Source of the DNA: Macrostomum lignano
Lineage: Eukaryota
Assembly: GCA_002269645.1 (NCBI GenBank)
Contig: NIVC01000013.1
Span: forward strand, 744,001 to 808,000
DNA: 64,000 nucleotides
Reading direction: 5' to 3'
A model generated the notes under the pieces. That model had not been told where the DNA came from. It saw nothing but the letters and a program-made list of their open reading frames with translations, and searched no databases. The position numbers were made by a program, and so were the translations under genes. Positions 14,402-28,354 of the stretch are shown here, piece by piece (within the stretch, counting starts at the first letter, position 1; every line of letters begins with the position of its first letter).

Positions 14402-16063
14402 CAGAAATGTGGAGATGATGATTATCGGTGTCAGAAATATTGAGATGATGATTATCGGTGTCAGAAATGTCAGATAATGATGATTATAGGTGTCAGTAAT
14501 GTGGAGATGATGATTATCGGTGTCAGAAATATGGAGATGATGATTATCGGTGTCAGAAATATTGAGATGATGATTATCGGTGTCAGAAATATTGAGATGA
14601 GGATTATCGGCGTCAGAAATATGGAGATGATGATTATCGGTGTCAGAAATATTGAGATGATGATTATCGGTGTCAGAAATATGGAGATGATGATTATCGG
14701 TGTCAGAAATATTGAGATGATGATTATCGGTGTCAGAAATGTCAGATAATGATGATTATAGGTGTCAGTAATGTGGAGATGATGATTATCGGTGTCAGAA
14801 ATATGGAGATGATGATTATCGGTGTCAGAAATATTGAGATGATGATTATCGGTGTCAGAAATATTGAGATGATGATTATCGGCGTCAGAAATATGGAGAT
14901 GATGATTATCGGTGTCAGAAATATTGAGATGATGATTATCGGTGTCAGAAATATGGAGATGATGATTATCGGTGTCAGAAATGTGGAGATGATGATTATC
15001 GGTGTCAGAAATGTGGAGATGATGGTCATCGATGTCAGAAATGTCAGATAATGATGATTATCGGCGTCAGAAATATGGAGATGATGATTATAGGTGTCAG
15101 AAATGTCAGATAATGATGATTATAGGTGTCAGCAATGTGGAGATGATGATTATCGGTGTCAGAAATGTGGAGATGATGATTATCGGTGTCAGAAATGTGG
15201 AGATGATGATTATCGGCGTCAGAAATATGGAGATGATGATTATAGGTGTCAGAAATGTCATAGATGATGATTATCGATCTCAGAAATGTCAGATAATGAT
15301 GATTATCGGCGTCAGAAATATGGAGATGATGATTATCGGTGTAAGAAATATTGAGATGATGATTATCGGTGTCAGAAATGTCAGATAATGATGATTATAG
15401 GTGTCAGTAATGTGGAGATGATGATTATCGGTGTCAGAAATATGGAGATGATGATTATCGGTGTCAGAAATATTGAGATGATGATTATCGGTGTCAGAAA
15501 TATTGAGATGATGATTATCGGCGTCAGAAATATGGAGATGATGATTATCGGTGTCAGAAATATTGAGATGATGATTATCGGTGTCAGAAATATGGAGATG
15601 ATGATTATCGGTGTCAGAAATGTGGAGATGATGATTATCGGTGTCAGAAATGTGGAGATGATGGTCATCGATGTCAGAAATGTCAGATAATGATGATTAT
15701 CGGCGTCAGAAATATGGAGATGATGATTATAGGTGTCAGAAATGTCAGATAATGATGATTATAGGTGTCAGCAATGTGGAGATGATGATTATCGGTGTCA
15801 GAAATGTGGAGATGATGATTATCGGTGTCAGAAATGTGGAGATGATGATTATCGGCGTCAGAAATATGGAGATGATGATTATAGGTGTCAGAAATGTCAT
15901 AGATGATGATTATCGATCTCAGAAATGTCAGATAATGATGATTATCGGCGTCAGAAATATGGAGATGATGATTATCGGTGTAAGAAATATTGAGATGATG
16001 ATTATCGGTGTCAAAAATATTGAGATGATGATTATCGGTGTCAAAAATATTGAGATGATGATT
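14402..16063. repeat. 30-bp minisatellite GAGATGATGATTATCGGTGTCAGAAATATG with 639-bp higher-order duplication
   Basis: Direct reading; identical ORFs 14749..15051 and 15388..15690 are offset by 639 bp. Confidence 0.97.
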
Positions 16064-17644
16064 TAACTCTGCAAAAATTTTTTTCAATGTCCAAGTCAGA
16101 TATTGGTTGGCGCCAAAAACATTAGGAAGAATAGCGCCAAACAGAATGTCATTGGCGCCAACCAATATGTACTTTTATGAACAACAACTCATTGCTGCCT
16201 GCGAATCCACGCCTTGGTCCTTGAAGAGTATATTTCTAAGAAAGCGCTTTCTAAGAATCTCGCTAACCTTAAGCAAAGCTGCGCACGACTACTCCGCAAG
16301 GCTACAGAGAACGCGTTGTGACTCCGCTGGAGTGACGGCTTCAGCCCCGCATGGTTGAATGGGAAAAATTTGGCTGCAAAGGTTGCCTGGGTATTGAATG
16401 TCTGCGCTTCTCCTTGATGAGGCTGGTGGATGCTGGGTCGGGGGAGCAGCTTCCGGTTTTCCTCTTGGCTAGGCCCCACACTTCCTATCAGCTCTCGTCA
16501 CCTCCCAGTCTATCTTCGACCTTGAAGTCTCGTGGAGTGCTTCGCTTTTCCCTTCGCAGCAGCTGTCTCCTTCTCTATTCTAGTGACTAACACGGACTTG
16601 CACTATCACTTAGAGAATCAGCAAAACGGATTATTAAAAAAATCACTTCCGGAAATCCCAAGCGAGAACTCCGACCCGAGGCAAGTACACAAACGCGCAC
16701 ACTCACGCAGGAGTGCACAGCGGCCCTGACTTTATTTATCGGGCGTTAATTGCACCTCTGGCACCTGACACTGACACCTCTTAAATCTGCATCACATCAC
16801 TGACACCCCATGCTGCATCAGAAGCTACTCGTAATGGAAAATCTCACTGGAACTGGTCGCCAGCGAGCAGTTAAAATCGTGGCTATTCGATCTTCCATGC
16901 CTAAATACTCAACCCACTGAAAATAAGAGATGATTTTTTCTCGCAATTTCCTGTCAAAGCCCTACTCGACAACAAAGCCGTCAAGCCCTCAAAAACATCC
17001 GACATGCGACACCACTGGACCCTCAAGCACTCAAAACACATGCGGAGTGCAGACCTAATCGATTCCTGACTGAATCCTACTGTGCTAATACACTTCTGAC
17101 CTCGATTGGTTTGAATCATTTCATCCTAACTGGTCATACCAGGGGTCATGCAGCGCTCTGTCCCCTGTGCGATAGTCTAGATAAGCAAAAATGCTAAAAT
17201 TAGTAGAAAATAATGCTGAACTTATAAATATTCAACACTCTCTGACTGTATTTAAACACTAAAGAAGTTTTTGATCTATGAGCGTCCATGAACTCATCAT
17301 CATCATCACTCAGCGCTGAGCCGGCTCCGGCATCAGTGTCATCTGTCCCAGCCCAGAATGTAAAAATACCCCCAAAATCCCCAGCAGGAAATGAAGATGA
17401 ATTTGCGTGGGATCAAAGGGTGCAGGGTCGAAAGGACTGCAAGAGAGGAAGGTGGGTAGTACGAAGGGGAATTCAGGTCAGAGGAATCAGATCATGACGT
17501 TAATAGGTTCGCGGCATCAAGAGGTTGGTTAGCCGTGTGCAGCCTGCTGGCGGGAACAGGATGAAGGAATAATCAGCTGGGTGGGATAGTGAAGGACATG
17601 AGGCACTGGTAATTATCCGCCTGGCTTCCTGCGCCCACAGGGCC

Positions 17645-18329
<685 letters not shown>

Positions 18330-18793
18330 AAAGAAGTATTAAAGTTTTAATCGAGAAGCAGTTCGCAGCAAATCACTGGAATTCAACCTTCAATTTGCTA
18401 TCAAGTGGTGCAGTTGAGGCATAAGTAAGCTGAGCTAGAATAGTGTAGTGGCTGACGCTACTCAGCCAGCCCGCCTGTCAGCAGCTCAGCTTCGCTCCAG
18501 CTCCCATGGGATCTCAATGGCCAAGCGGTCGGCAGGGGGGTAGCGACTGCCAATTAGAGCAGTATTTTTAATGTGCTCTTCATGAAGAGAAGGGAGAGTG
18601 AGAGGACAGAGAATGGGCGAGAATGAGACTTGGCCTCTCGGTGAGAGAGAGTTAAAAAAGTGCAAGCGTGGCAAAAAATCAATAGCCCGATTGCTTGGCA
18701 TGCGGTGTACTGCCAGGCTCATGGAAACTTGCGATTTTTTTCTCTCAGTCAAATTTCAAACACGACGTAACTACTGTACATGCCAGATTCTTG

Positions 18794-19240
<447 letters not shown>

Positions 19241-20611
19241 CCAGATTCTTGAGAAACTAACGATAATACCTAATTCTATAGCTAATCATAAATCCAGTAC
19301 TGACTCCAACCAGTTGCCATCGAACTATATCATAATCATAATCTATCCTAGTTATTCCTAACACTAATCTTTATCTAACTCCAAATCGTATTCCTAATAC
19401 CAGTCTGGTTCCTAATCCTAATCCCAATATAGGCTCTGACTTATACCTTATAGTGGCTCATAAAATACTTGTAATTAATATCAAAAGCCAACCATAAATT
19501 TTGGTCTTGCCCATAGACATATAGACACTGACGGTAAAACTGCAACCAAGTTGATAGGTTTGGCCATAGACATCAGCACAAAGAAGGCTGATTAACTGGA
19601 TAATCTGCATTTGCTGCAATAGCAGCCACTCTCGGCCATAGACAATAAATTCAATCGAGTTGACAGCTCAAGCTTGACAGCAGTTTAAGACGGTCCTGTC
19701 TGGTTGAAAGTCAAAATACGAACTACGATTACTGCAGGCGGCTTGTGGACATCCGGGAGCAACACCTTGGGTGACGTCCCCCCCCCATTCCCACAACCAG
19801 GCACAACCAGTGCACAGCAGCCCTGACTTTCTATAGTCTGACATGTACACTCTCTGTGGCTTGGGGGTTGGGCCCTGAATGGCACGACAGCCCACCGGCC
19901 AAGTTAGTGTTTTAGTAGTCCCTGGATCAAACTAATGAAATTTTAATTTTTCCCCTGAATAACAAGGAGTCAGATACAAAATTCAGTTTTAGATCTACAC
20001 TATAATATATAATCCGAGTCTCTCTTATCGATAAAAAAATTCATGTTAAACTTAAAAATACCAATTGAAGTCGCATTTCTAATTGTGCGTACCTTAGTAC
20101 TACCGTCACATATGCTGGAAAACTGAAGTCCATGAAACAAGAACAACATGCTCTCTGATCGGGCTACATTACTGCTCAATTTATTTCAGCTTGAGCTGAA
20201 ACCATCTCTCATCCATCCCCTTCTCCCTCTTTCTCCATCTCGCGAGACCAGTCAAGCAAACTCTCTGTGCACGCTACAGACACGAACTTTGGAGGTAAAT
20301 CGAGGAGCCTCTGAGGGCCCCGGTGCAGTACAACAGGGGAAAATGTTTTTTTGCATCCCATTTTCCTGGCATTTTTCTGCTCGGCTTCACTCGCTCAGAC
20401 TTGCTCTTGTCAAACCGAAAGCAATGGATGCGAATGTCTTTAAGCTGCCGCTTGGCCAAGTGAAAAGCAGGTAAACCCAGTTGGAAAACTGCTCTTTTCT
20501 GGGGACAACACGACTGCCAAGGCTGTGTTAATAATTCACGATGACTGATAGCCCTGCTGCCATGATGATGCACATGGTGACCAGTGTGGGAGGAACTGAC
20601 GCTTCTAGCCA

Positions 20612-20893
<282 letters not shown>

Positions 20894-22129
20894 TGTGTCT
20901 ATCTGAAAAATTTATTTCTATCAAAAGCTAGACAGCTAGAAGGCACTTCAAGCCTTAGACGTGTTTGCAGCCAACTTTGAGGGAATTTCGCTTATTTTCC
21001 TGTTCCTAGCAAACAGGAAATCTATTTATGATAACTGAATTGGGGAATGACATTTTGTTGCTCCAAGCTTTCTCGATACTTCTCAAACAGGCAGAGAGCT
21101 GCTCCAACAGTACTGTACACGATCAGATCTGGTAACGCAATATTTCTACTGCATTTACGAGCTACGCACCTCTCTGCCTATTTCCATCCTTTTAAAATTG
21201 GAATTGCTTTCAACGCCAAAATTGAATGAGAGCATGAATGTTTTAGGAGGAGTATAGCATTAGCTAAGGAGATGAGATGATAATTGAAATAATAAGCCAG
21301 AGCGTCTGTACTGTACATAACTATGGAATCGAGAGAGGTGACTGTCCTGCGCTAAAATTAAAATGTTTTTTTTCAGTTCTTAAGCTCGTAGCTGAAGTGC
21401 GTTTCTCGCTTTTTTTTCAAATCACGATTCAGTTTGAGGGGAATCAAGGTCAGTAGAGGAGCTGATTTTGAGTAGGTGAGACTTAACGCTGGAGTCACCT
21501 CTTCCGAGCCTGAGCTGATGCAGGCACTTTTACTTCAACGGTGATTTATCTCTAGTAAATTGAAAAGTGTAATTTTTCACACATTAGCGGCACAAACCCA
21601 GTGACCAGACCGTTTGAATTTGTGAAGCAGACGCAGACTCGATGACCCCAGAAGGCATGGTGGAAGCCCTAATTAAAACAAAATCAAATTATTCTGGTAT
21701 GTAATTTTTTCACTGTGAATTTTTTTAAATGCCCAAAGCATCTGAACTGTCAGCTGATGCCGACTTGCTGCTTCAAATTTGTTGGTCAAGAATTGGATTA
21801 GGACTAATAGGGAGAAAAATCGAGGATTAAACTCCAGGGAGCCTGTGAGTACAGCTGAAAGTTCAATCATTAAATATTTAGCCTACCAGCCATGGTGATG
21901 AGCCAATAGGAACAAAAGCGTGAAATGACACAACTGAGAGGAACGGTTTGAGGAAGAGGAATGGAGGAAGGGCCCCGCGCGGATCCCATAAATGCTGCAT
22001 GAGACTCCCATGCATTGCTCTACGAACTACAAGCAGCCCTAGCTCATCACCAGCTGTACAGAATCGACAGAAAGAATCATGCCCGAAAAATGCAGGGTTA
22101 AAAAATAAGTGCACATACATGTAGAGTTA

Positions 22130-22871
22130 CAGTTTGTAATATAGCATTTTTCAAGCCAATTGAGCCTAGGAGCAAGCAATTTAATCCTTAGTGGGAAAAT
22201 CAACCTATTGAAGACTTGATTTTCATCGTCTATGGCCCGAAAGGGGGTCTATGGAGCAACCAATTTGAGAATCTGGGCGCGCAATTAATCCTTTTCACAG
22301 TGCTCGTATATCCTTCACGAATAACTTCACTGAAAAACGTCTGCAAATAGATGGCATATCAAAAAAACGATTGACAGTAGCACTTTGATTTCAGAGAAAC
22401 CAATCAAAACAGGCCCGTGATTTCATAGCGACGCCTGATAGAATACACAGCTTTTCTCTTTACGTCCAGCCATCGCGAAATGTGCTCAGCACTATCACCT
22501 CTCTCGATGGCAGCGACAATCAGGTCGTACTTTTCATTGCTTATCTTGCGATAGGGTTCTTGCCCTGCAGGAATCTGCTCATCCACTGCATCTTGTGCTG
22601 TAGAAAAACTGTCGTCACTGCTCTGCTCGCTAAATAATTCGTCTGCCATATCCATGTTTGTCTAATGAAATCTGCTGTTTTCTATGGTTTAAGGCTTGCA
22701 CAACTATGAAAAAGATTGATTGCGCGCCCAGATTCTCAAATTGGTTGCTTCATAGACCCCCCTTTCGGGCCATAGACGATGAAGAGCAAGTCTTCAACAG
22801 CTTGATTTTCCCACTAAGGATTAAATTGCTTGCTCCTAGGCTCAATTGGCTTAAAAATGCTATATTACGAG
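22130..22871 (-). mobile_element. Non-autonomous Tc1/mariner (IS630-Tc1-mariner)-like DNA transposon, internally deleted, ~165-bp terminal inverted repeats
   Basis: 22136-22300 is a near-perfect reverse complement of 22704-22868; TA dinucleotides at 22128-22129 and 22872-22873; left end starts CAGT; internal HTH-like ORF. Confidence 0.8.
22404..22655 (-). pseudogene. Truncated transposase N-terminal helix-turn-helix fragment (83 aa)
   Basis: RKISNEKYDLIVAAIERGDSAEHISRWLDVKRKAVYSIRRRYEITG resembles the HTH DNA-binding domain of Tc1/IS630 transposases; no DDE domain follows. Confidence 0.65.
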
Positions 22872-23637
22872 TATTACATGCGTTAACCACTGGATAAGGA
22901 ATCAATTATTTTAGAACGGATTTTGCTCGATCGAATTCGTCTATGGCAAAACCCCTTCCCGCGATATGCGTTCGCAAGAGGTCATACTGAATTTCTAAGA
23001 AAATCGAGCGCAGTTTCCTTTTACTAACAGTTATCTATGGTTACGCAAATTTTAGTAAATAAAATAACACATAGAATTTACCGTTTGCTTCGATGTTGCT
23101 TATGTCAATGAAAATTTAACGAATCGACGATGGACGGTTGAAATGAAAAAAAAACTGGTTTCAATTGCTTCCAACTATTGCTGTGTTCGCGCACATTATA
23201 TATATGGAGAGAGCGGTTGGGACTGTAAAATCCTCCCAGTGATATAGGGCGTAGAAATAGAGTAAGAGATCCCATAGGAGAAGAGGGGAAAATGGGGCTG
23301 GAAGCCAAGGAACGCCATTGGTGGACAATCATAGCGTGTAGGGACTTTACGTCTGGATTTGGAATCCTTTCCTTCGTTTTAACGGTTCTATACCCTAAAT
23401 TTTTTTATAACTCAGCACAGACACGAAATAACCCTCAACGAAACTTGTGAATTTTTATCGGAATTCTGCTATATAAGTCTTAAAGACACTGTAAAGTGCT
23501 TGATGCTTCACAGGTGTAATGCACTTTTAGATGATTGGTCACTTTGTGGTGTCAAATTTGGTCCATATCTTCCAACAATTCAACATGTACATGACTAAAT
23601 TCCTACATTTCCATTATTTTGAGAATCGTGTTGTCAG

Positions 23638-25125
23638 CCCTCATTTTGGCGCTTCAGACACTCATTTTAGCGCTGCAGGCACTCATTTTGGCGCCGCAGG
23701 CACTCATTTTAGCGCCCCAGGCACTCATTTTAGCGCTGCAGGCACTCATTTTGGCGCCGCAGGCACTCATTTTAGCGCCCCAGGCACTCATTTTAGCGCT
23801 GCAGGCACTCATTTTGGCGCCGCAGGCACTCATTTTAGCGCCTCAGGCACTCATTTTAGCGCCTCAGGCACTCATTTTGGCGCCTCAGGCACTCATTTTG
23901 GCGCCTCAGGCACTCATTTTGGCGCCTCAGGCACTCATTTTGGCGCCTCAGGCACTCATTTTAGCGCCTCAGGCACTCATTTTAGCGCCTCAGGCACTCA
24001 TTTTAGCGCCTCATGCACTCATTTTGGCGCCTCAGGCACTCATTTTAGCGCCTCAGGCACTCATTTTAGCGCCTCAGGCACTCATTTTAGCGCCTCAGGC
24101 ACTCATTTTGGCGCTACAGGCACTCATTTTAGCGCTACAGGCACTCATTTTAGCGCCGTAGGCACTCATTTTAGCGCCTCAGGCACTCATTTTGGCGCTT
24201 TAGGCACTCATTTTAGCGCTGCAGGCACTCATTTTAGCGCCGTAGGCACTCATTTTGGCGCTTTAGGCACTCATTTTACCGCTACAGGCACTCATTTTAG
24301 CGCCGTAGGCACTCATTTTGGCGCTTTAGGCACTCATTTTAGCGCTAAAGGCACTCATTTTAGCGCCGTAGGCACTCATTTTAGCGCCGTAGGCACTCAT
24401 TTTAGCGCCGCAGGCACTCATTTTAGCGCCACAGGCACTCACTTTAGCGCCGCAGGCACTCATTTTAGCGCCTCAGGCACTCATTTTGGCGCCTCAGGCA
24501 CTCATTTTGGCGCCTCAGGCACTCATTTTGGCGCCTCAGGCACTCATTTTAGCGCCTCAGGCACTCATTTTAGCGCCGCAGGCACTCATTTTAGCGCCGT
24601 AGGCACTCATTTTAGCGCCTCAGGCACTCATTTTAGCGCCTCATGCACTCATTTTGGCGCCTCAGGCACTCATTTTAGCGCCGCAGGCACTCATTTTAGC
24701 GCCTCAGGCACTCATTTTAGCGCCTCAGGCACTCATTTTGGCGCTTTAGGCACTCATTTTAGCGCTACAGGCACTCATTTTAGCGCCGTAGGCACTCATT
24801 TTGGCGCTTTAGGCACTCATTTTAGCGCTACAGGCACTCATTTTAGCGCCGTAGGCACTCATTTTAGCGCCGTAGGCACTCATTTTAGCGCCGTAGGCAC
24901 TCATTTTAGCGCCGTAGGCACTCATTTTAGCGCCGCAGGCACTCATTTTAGCGCCACAGGCACTCACTTTAGCGCCGCAGGCACTCATTTTAGCGCCGCA
25001 GGCACTCATTTTAGCGCCACAGGCACTCATTTTAGCGCCGCAGGCACTCATTTTAGCGCCGCAGGCACTCATTTTAGCGCCACAGGCACTCATTTTAGCG
25101 CCGCAGGCACTCATTTTAGCGCCCT
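23638..25125. repeat. 21-bp minisatellite GGCACTCATTTTAGCGCCKCA, ~70 units
   Basis: Direct reading; explains the 536-aa GTHFSAA ORF. Confidence 0.98.
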
Positions 25126-26422
25126 GAAGAAAAATTATTGATTTCCATAACGTTTAAGTTTAGGTTTAAGTTTCATTAAGTTTCATTTGTAAACATTTTG
25201 AAATTTGTGTGTTTTAGGCTACAGCGAACTTCAGAGCCATCAAGGATTCAGTTATCTGCGGTATAGCAACCAAAGAGAGGAAAATCCTTTGAAAATTGAT
25301 CAAACTGTCAGAAACAAAAATGCAGTGAACAGATTTTGTTCAAAGATCGTTGCTTGTCGGAAAAAAAGGAAATTGGCAAGTCATGCACATTCTGAACCCT
25401 GAGCAGGCCCACACGCACTCACACTGGGTGTCCAGAGGGCCTGTCCAGACAGACAGATAGGATCAGACAGTTTAAAATCAAAGAATTGGTAGGTGGGGGT
25501 GGGGGCTGTTTTACGGCTCTTGGAAGAGCTGCGGACCCTGACGGGCGTACAAGAGGTCGTCTCTAGTTGACCCCATGGGCAAGTGGGGGCGAAGGAATCC
25601 TATGGCATTTCTTAGAAAGGAACTGGAAAAGAGAGAGACGAAGGGAGCGGGACAGGCGAGAAGGAAACTGCACCCACGAGACGGTTGGAGAGGCTCGGTG
25701 TGAACCGAAGCACTTGGAGCACAATGTCAACACGAGTGTCGCCCCCGGATTCCCCGGGCCTGCCAGCCTCCCAATCTCTTCTCTACTTTTTCCTCGCCCG
25801 ATCCTCTCCCCTTCATCAGCGGCTCCCATGCTATAGTCCTATTCCCTAGTTTTCAGTTAAGCCTCCAGCGGTCTATTTTGCTTCTACCCTTGACCGCATC
25901 TTAATCCCAAATCCCAATTTGTAGGGCAACAGCCGAGATGCCTGGGCGCCCCTTCTTAACAGGAAGAAAACATATACTCGGACAGAGTCCGGCCGCGCCG
26001 GTTTTATTCGCAACCCAGGCCCGGCTAGATTGGCTTCCTCTAGGAGTATGTTCCAAAAACTTTTTTTGGAAGCAAGGAGACTGAGCGAGAGTGAGAGCGA
26101 GTATAGCAGAGATTTCTGAGTAATCTTCTACGGAGATCAGGCATATGCTTCCAAAGAGGAAATAAAGTGGCAAATTCTTGAAACACACACACCCGGCGGC
26201 TGCATCAATCTTAAGATTTTGCGGGTTGCTATTTTCTAGGGATTTAAGGCTGGGTTTGGCAGGGGGGCGCTTCGATAGTTGATTCCCAAATGTTTTTAGT
26301 CTCGCGTACATCAGTCGCTAAAGATTCCGTAGCTGTATTTTTAGTTATTAAAAACTGAATTTTTGGCATTTTACCAAGAAAGCTGTTTCTTGGAAAATAT
26401 CAGAGCGAGGGGTAGCCAGATC

Positions 26423-27618
26423 AAAAGCGGGTGACAGAGCGGAGCAAAAGCGGGTAACAGAGCGGAGCAAAAGCGGGTGACAGAGCGGAGCAAAAGCGGG
26501 TGACAGAGCGGAGCAAAAGCGGGTGACAGAGCGGGTGACAGAGCGGGTGACAGAGCGGGTGACAGAGCGGAGCAAAAGCGGGTGACAGAGCGGAGCAAAA
26601 GCGGGTGACAGAGCGGAGCAAAAGCGGGTGACAGAGCGAAGCAAAAGCGGGTGACAGAGCGGAGCAAAAGCGGGTGACAGAGCGGAGCAAAAGCGGGTGA
26701 CAGAGCGGAGCAAAAGCGGGTAACAGAGCGGAGCAAAAGCGGGTGACAGAGCGGAGCAAAAGCGGGTGACAGAGCGGAGCAAAAGCGGGTGACAGAGCGG
26801 AGCAAAAGCGGGTGACAGAGCGGAGCAAAAGCGGGTGACAGAGCGGAGCAAAAGCGGGTGACAGAGCGGAGCAAAAGCGGGTGACAGAGCGGAGCAAAAG
26901 CGGGTGACAGAGCGGAGCAAAACCGGGTGACAGAGCGGAGCAAAAGCGGGTGACAGAGCGGAGCAAAAGCGGGTGACAGAGCGGAGCAAAAGCGGGTGAC
27001 AGAGCGGGTGACAGAGCGGGTGACAGAGCGGGTGACAGAGCGGGTGACAGAGCGGGTGACAGAGCGGAGCAAAAGCGGGTGACAGAGCGGAGCAAAAGCG
27101 GGTGACAGAGCGGAGCAAAAGCGGGTGACAGAGCGGAGCAAAAGCGGGTGACAGAGCGGAGCAAAAGCGGGTGACAGAGCGGAGCAAAAGCGGGTGACAG
27201 AGCGGAGCAAAAGCGGGTGACAGAGCGGAGCAAAAGCGGGTGACAGAGCGGGTGACAGAGCGGGTGACAGAGCGGGTGACAGAGCGGAGCAAAACCGGGT
27301 GACAGAGCGGAGCAAAAGCGGGTGACAGAGCGGGTGACAGAGCGGGTGACAGAGCGGGTGACAGAGCGGGTGACAGAGCGGGTGACAGAGCGGGTGACAG
27401 AGCGGGTGACAGAGCGGGTGACAGAGCGGGTGACAGAGCGGGTGACAGAGCGGGTGACAGAGCGGGTGACAGAGCGGAGCAAAAGCGGGTGACAGAGCGG
27501 AGCAAAAGCGGGTGACAGAGCGGAGCAAAAGCGGGTGAAAGTGCGGAGCAAAAGCGGGTGACAGAGCGGAGCAAAGCGAGTGACAGAGCGGGTGACAGAG
27601 CCGAGAAAAAGCGGGTGA
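26423..27618. repeat. Composite minisatellite of 12-bp (GGGTGACAGAGC) and 11-bp (GGAGCAAAAGC) monomers
   Basis: Direct reading; explains three ~410-aa minus ORFs. Confidence 0.97.
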
Positions 27619-28354
27619 CAGCAGGGGTGACTGCATGGACATAGAGAGGAGTGCAAAGTCAAAACTGCCTAAACTTGTCTAAAAAACAATCGGCAACGAC
27701 TCTGCACGCCCACAGGATTAAGAAGGCACAGCAAGGGCGAACAGAACTGGTCCAATTCCATTCAGATTAAACCCGAAAAGAACTCTACGCCGGCAGAGAT
27801 TAATGGATGCGGAGGGGATTATCCGCCAAGACAAAGTTGACAGCAGCTCATTAAGAGTCGTGACAGTCGTGGAGCATTGGACTAAGCGGCTGCCAAAAAA
27901 GTTTACAGTTTACCATGCCAGTCTTGTCCACACGAAACCAACAGAGTTAGGAATGGCTGGAACTGGCCGCAGAAACTAAAAGACAATCAACTGCAGCAAA
28001 GCTCCTGTCAAGGGCGCTAAGCCACCCAATGCTGCAGTTGCTCCGAAGGATTCATGCAGCCAGCGGGAAGAGTTGCATCGTGCAACAAAGACTTCTCCGT
28101 CAGTTTGTGCAACTAAGCTATCAGTGCATCAATCCAACACAGCTCGGGAGCTGAGCATTCCAGCTGCACTGGAGCTTCCGTTCTCTTGCTAGGGGAAAGA
28201 GAGACAGGAACGAACGATTCGAGATGCGCATGTTGCTGAGCCACTGAAGGAAAATCAATGAAAATTCTATTTAGTCCGCGGAACGTATGGGAAAAGAACA
28301 GATCCTCTGCCTTGGCTACTAAAGACACGTCTGGAAAATCATTCGCCTCATGTC

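Noticed and set aside
14402-16063. Possible CRISPR-like regular array
   Set aside because: Units are contiguous with no unique spacers, no cas genes are present, and the context is eukaryotic. The same applies to all other arrays.
16189-16590. Possible decayed non-LTR retrotransposon fragment (IDWEVTRADRK / EVWGLAKRKTG)
   Set aside because: Only a vague resemblance across frame-broken pieces; no RT or endonuclease motif visible.
23531-25141. 536-aa ORF of GTHFSAA repeats (antifreeze- or ice-nucleation-like appearance)
   Set aside because: Pure translation of a 21-bp minisatellite whose unit lacks stops in that frame; the same unit occurs elsewhere with non-coding flanks.
25563-26311. CSKCFGSHRA, resembling a LINE ORF1 zinc knuckle
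   Set aside because: Final Cys absent and no supporting ORF2; could be chance.
26348-27662. Three overlapping ~410-aa minus-strand ORFs
   Set aside because: All three frames are open because the satellite has no stops; not coding.
27951-28153. Plus-strand open stretch EWLELAAETKRQ...LLRQFVQLSYQ after a TTAG
   Set aside because: No partner exons or recognisable domain; weak acceptor.
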